NCBI RefSeq assembly: GCF_015082335.1
Contig: NZ_BLRL01000002.1
Span: 262,569 to 286,568 of the forward strand
Source: Moritella sp. F3
GTDB lineage: Bacteria > Pseudomonadota > Gammaproteobacteria > Enterobacterales > Moritellaceae
Reading direction: 5' to 3'
DNA length: 24,000 nt
In this document: positions 23,511-24,000 of the stretch, piece by piece
Position numbering within the stretch: the first letter of the stretch is position 1
Layout: the number at the start of each line of letters is the position of its first letter
The notes under the pieces: generated by a model
What the model saw: only the letters and a program-made list of their open reading frames with translations
Told to the model about the DNA's origin: nothing
Databases searched by the model: none
Translations under genes and position numbers: made by a program

Positions 23511-24000
23511 TTAAATACTACGTTTTCTATAGGGTAATGATTTTTTGATAAAATTACGAGTTACTGCCGCAATTTGATTCCACTTTCCCATGACTTTTTT
23601 CTGTGTTTGGGTTTCGAGTACGAGGGCTGCTTGCTCTGATGCAACCCATGACTCATTCAATAATGATTTAGCCGCCACAATAGCGTCTGGAGAACGTGTT
23701 TTTATGCTATCAACAAAGGTCATAGCCGCAGCCATTGGATCGTCACAAACATGTGTCACTAATCCATATTTCTCAGCTTCAGTGCCGCTAAATTTACGTC
23801 CTGTCATGGTGAGTTCTTTGGCAATATCAATGCGCGTTAGTTCACGCATGGTCACCATACCGCTCATATCAGGGATTAATCCCCATTTAATTTCCATCAC
23901 TGAAAATTCGCAATCTGCAGTGCTGTAACGAAAATCAGCGCCGAGTGCTATTTGTAATCCGCCACCAAAACACACACCGTGTGTCACCGCAATGACAGGT
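23511..24000 (-). CDS. Enoyl-CoA hydratase/isomerase (crotonase) family protein, C-terminal part; the gene continues past the right edge
   Basis: The crotonase oxyanion-hole block is (PVIAV)THGVCFGGGLQIALGADFRY, followed by EIKWGLIPDMSG and LTMTGRKFSGTEAEKYGLV. The frame stays open upstream of the ORF-track start (reads ..PVIAV at 23999-23985), so the true N-terminus lies outside the window. The stop is 17 nt before the Pat-like start. Confidence 0.8.
   Translation of the reverse strand, partial: PVIAVTHGVCFGGGLQIALGADFRYSTADCEFSVMEIKWGLIPDMSGMVTMRELTRIDIAKELTMTGRKFSGTEAEKYGLVTHVCDDPMAAAMTFVDSIKTRSPDAIVAAKSLLNESWVASEQAALVLETQTQKKVMGKWNQIAAVTRNFIKKSLPYRKRSI

Overview
This is an AT-rich (about 40% GC by eye), densely coding gammaproteobacterial chromosomal window. 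I found no rRNA, tRNA, CRISPR array, transposase, integrase or recognisable defence gene.

Gene order, left to right:
- The 5' end of a membrane sensor gene (-). It is missing from the ORF track because it runs off the left edge.
- The Leloir operon galE-galT-galK-galM (-).
- A divergent LacI-family regulator that reads as an EbgR orthologue (+).
- An ebgA/ebgC-type GH2 beta-galactosidase pair, followed by an APC-superfamily permease in the position E. coli ygjI occupies (+).
- A conserved housekeeping block: aroC and prmB (-), smrB (+), two small orphan genes, sixA (-), and an M16 insulinase-type peptidase (+).
- A co-directional minus-strand run: enoyl-CoA hydratase (partial, runs off the right edge), a Pat/YfiQ-type acetyltransferase, a LysR regulator whose start overlaps the Pat stop, and a LysE/RhtB exporter.

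Several ORF-track starts look too long. I re-called galK, galT, galE, galM, prmB, smrB and the permease from RBS positions and orthologue N-termini.

I do not see a clear, self-evident novel system such as a defence island or mobile element. The two best under-characterised candidates are:
1. The ebgR-ebgAC-APC permease module, which sits back-to-back with galETKM. The natural substrate of Ebg has never been established.
2. The crotonase-Pat-LysR-LysE operon.

Smaller items:
- an unusually long, structured galT-galK spacer
- shared motifs in the two ebgR-flanking control regions
- a possible anti-SD structure ahead of the permease
- a self-contained 65-codon orphan gene

All family assignments come from motifs and from my memory of E. 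coli orthologue sequences. No database search was possible.
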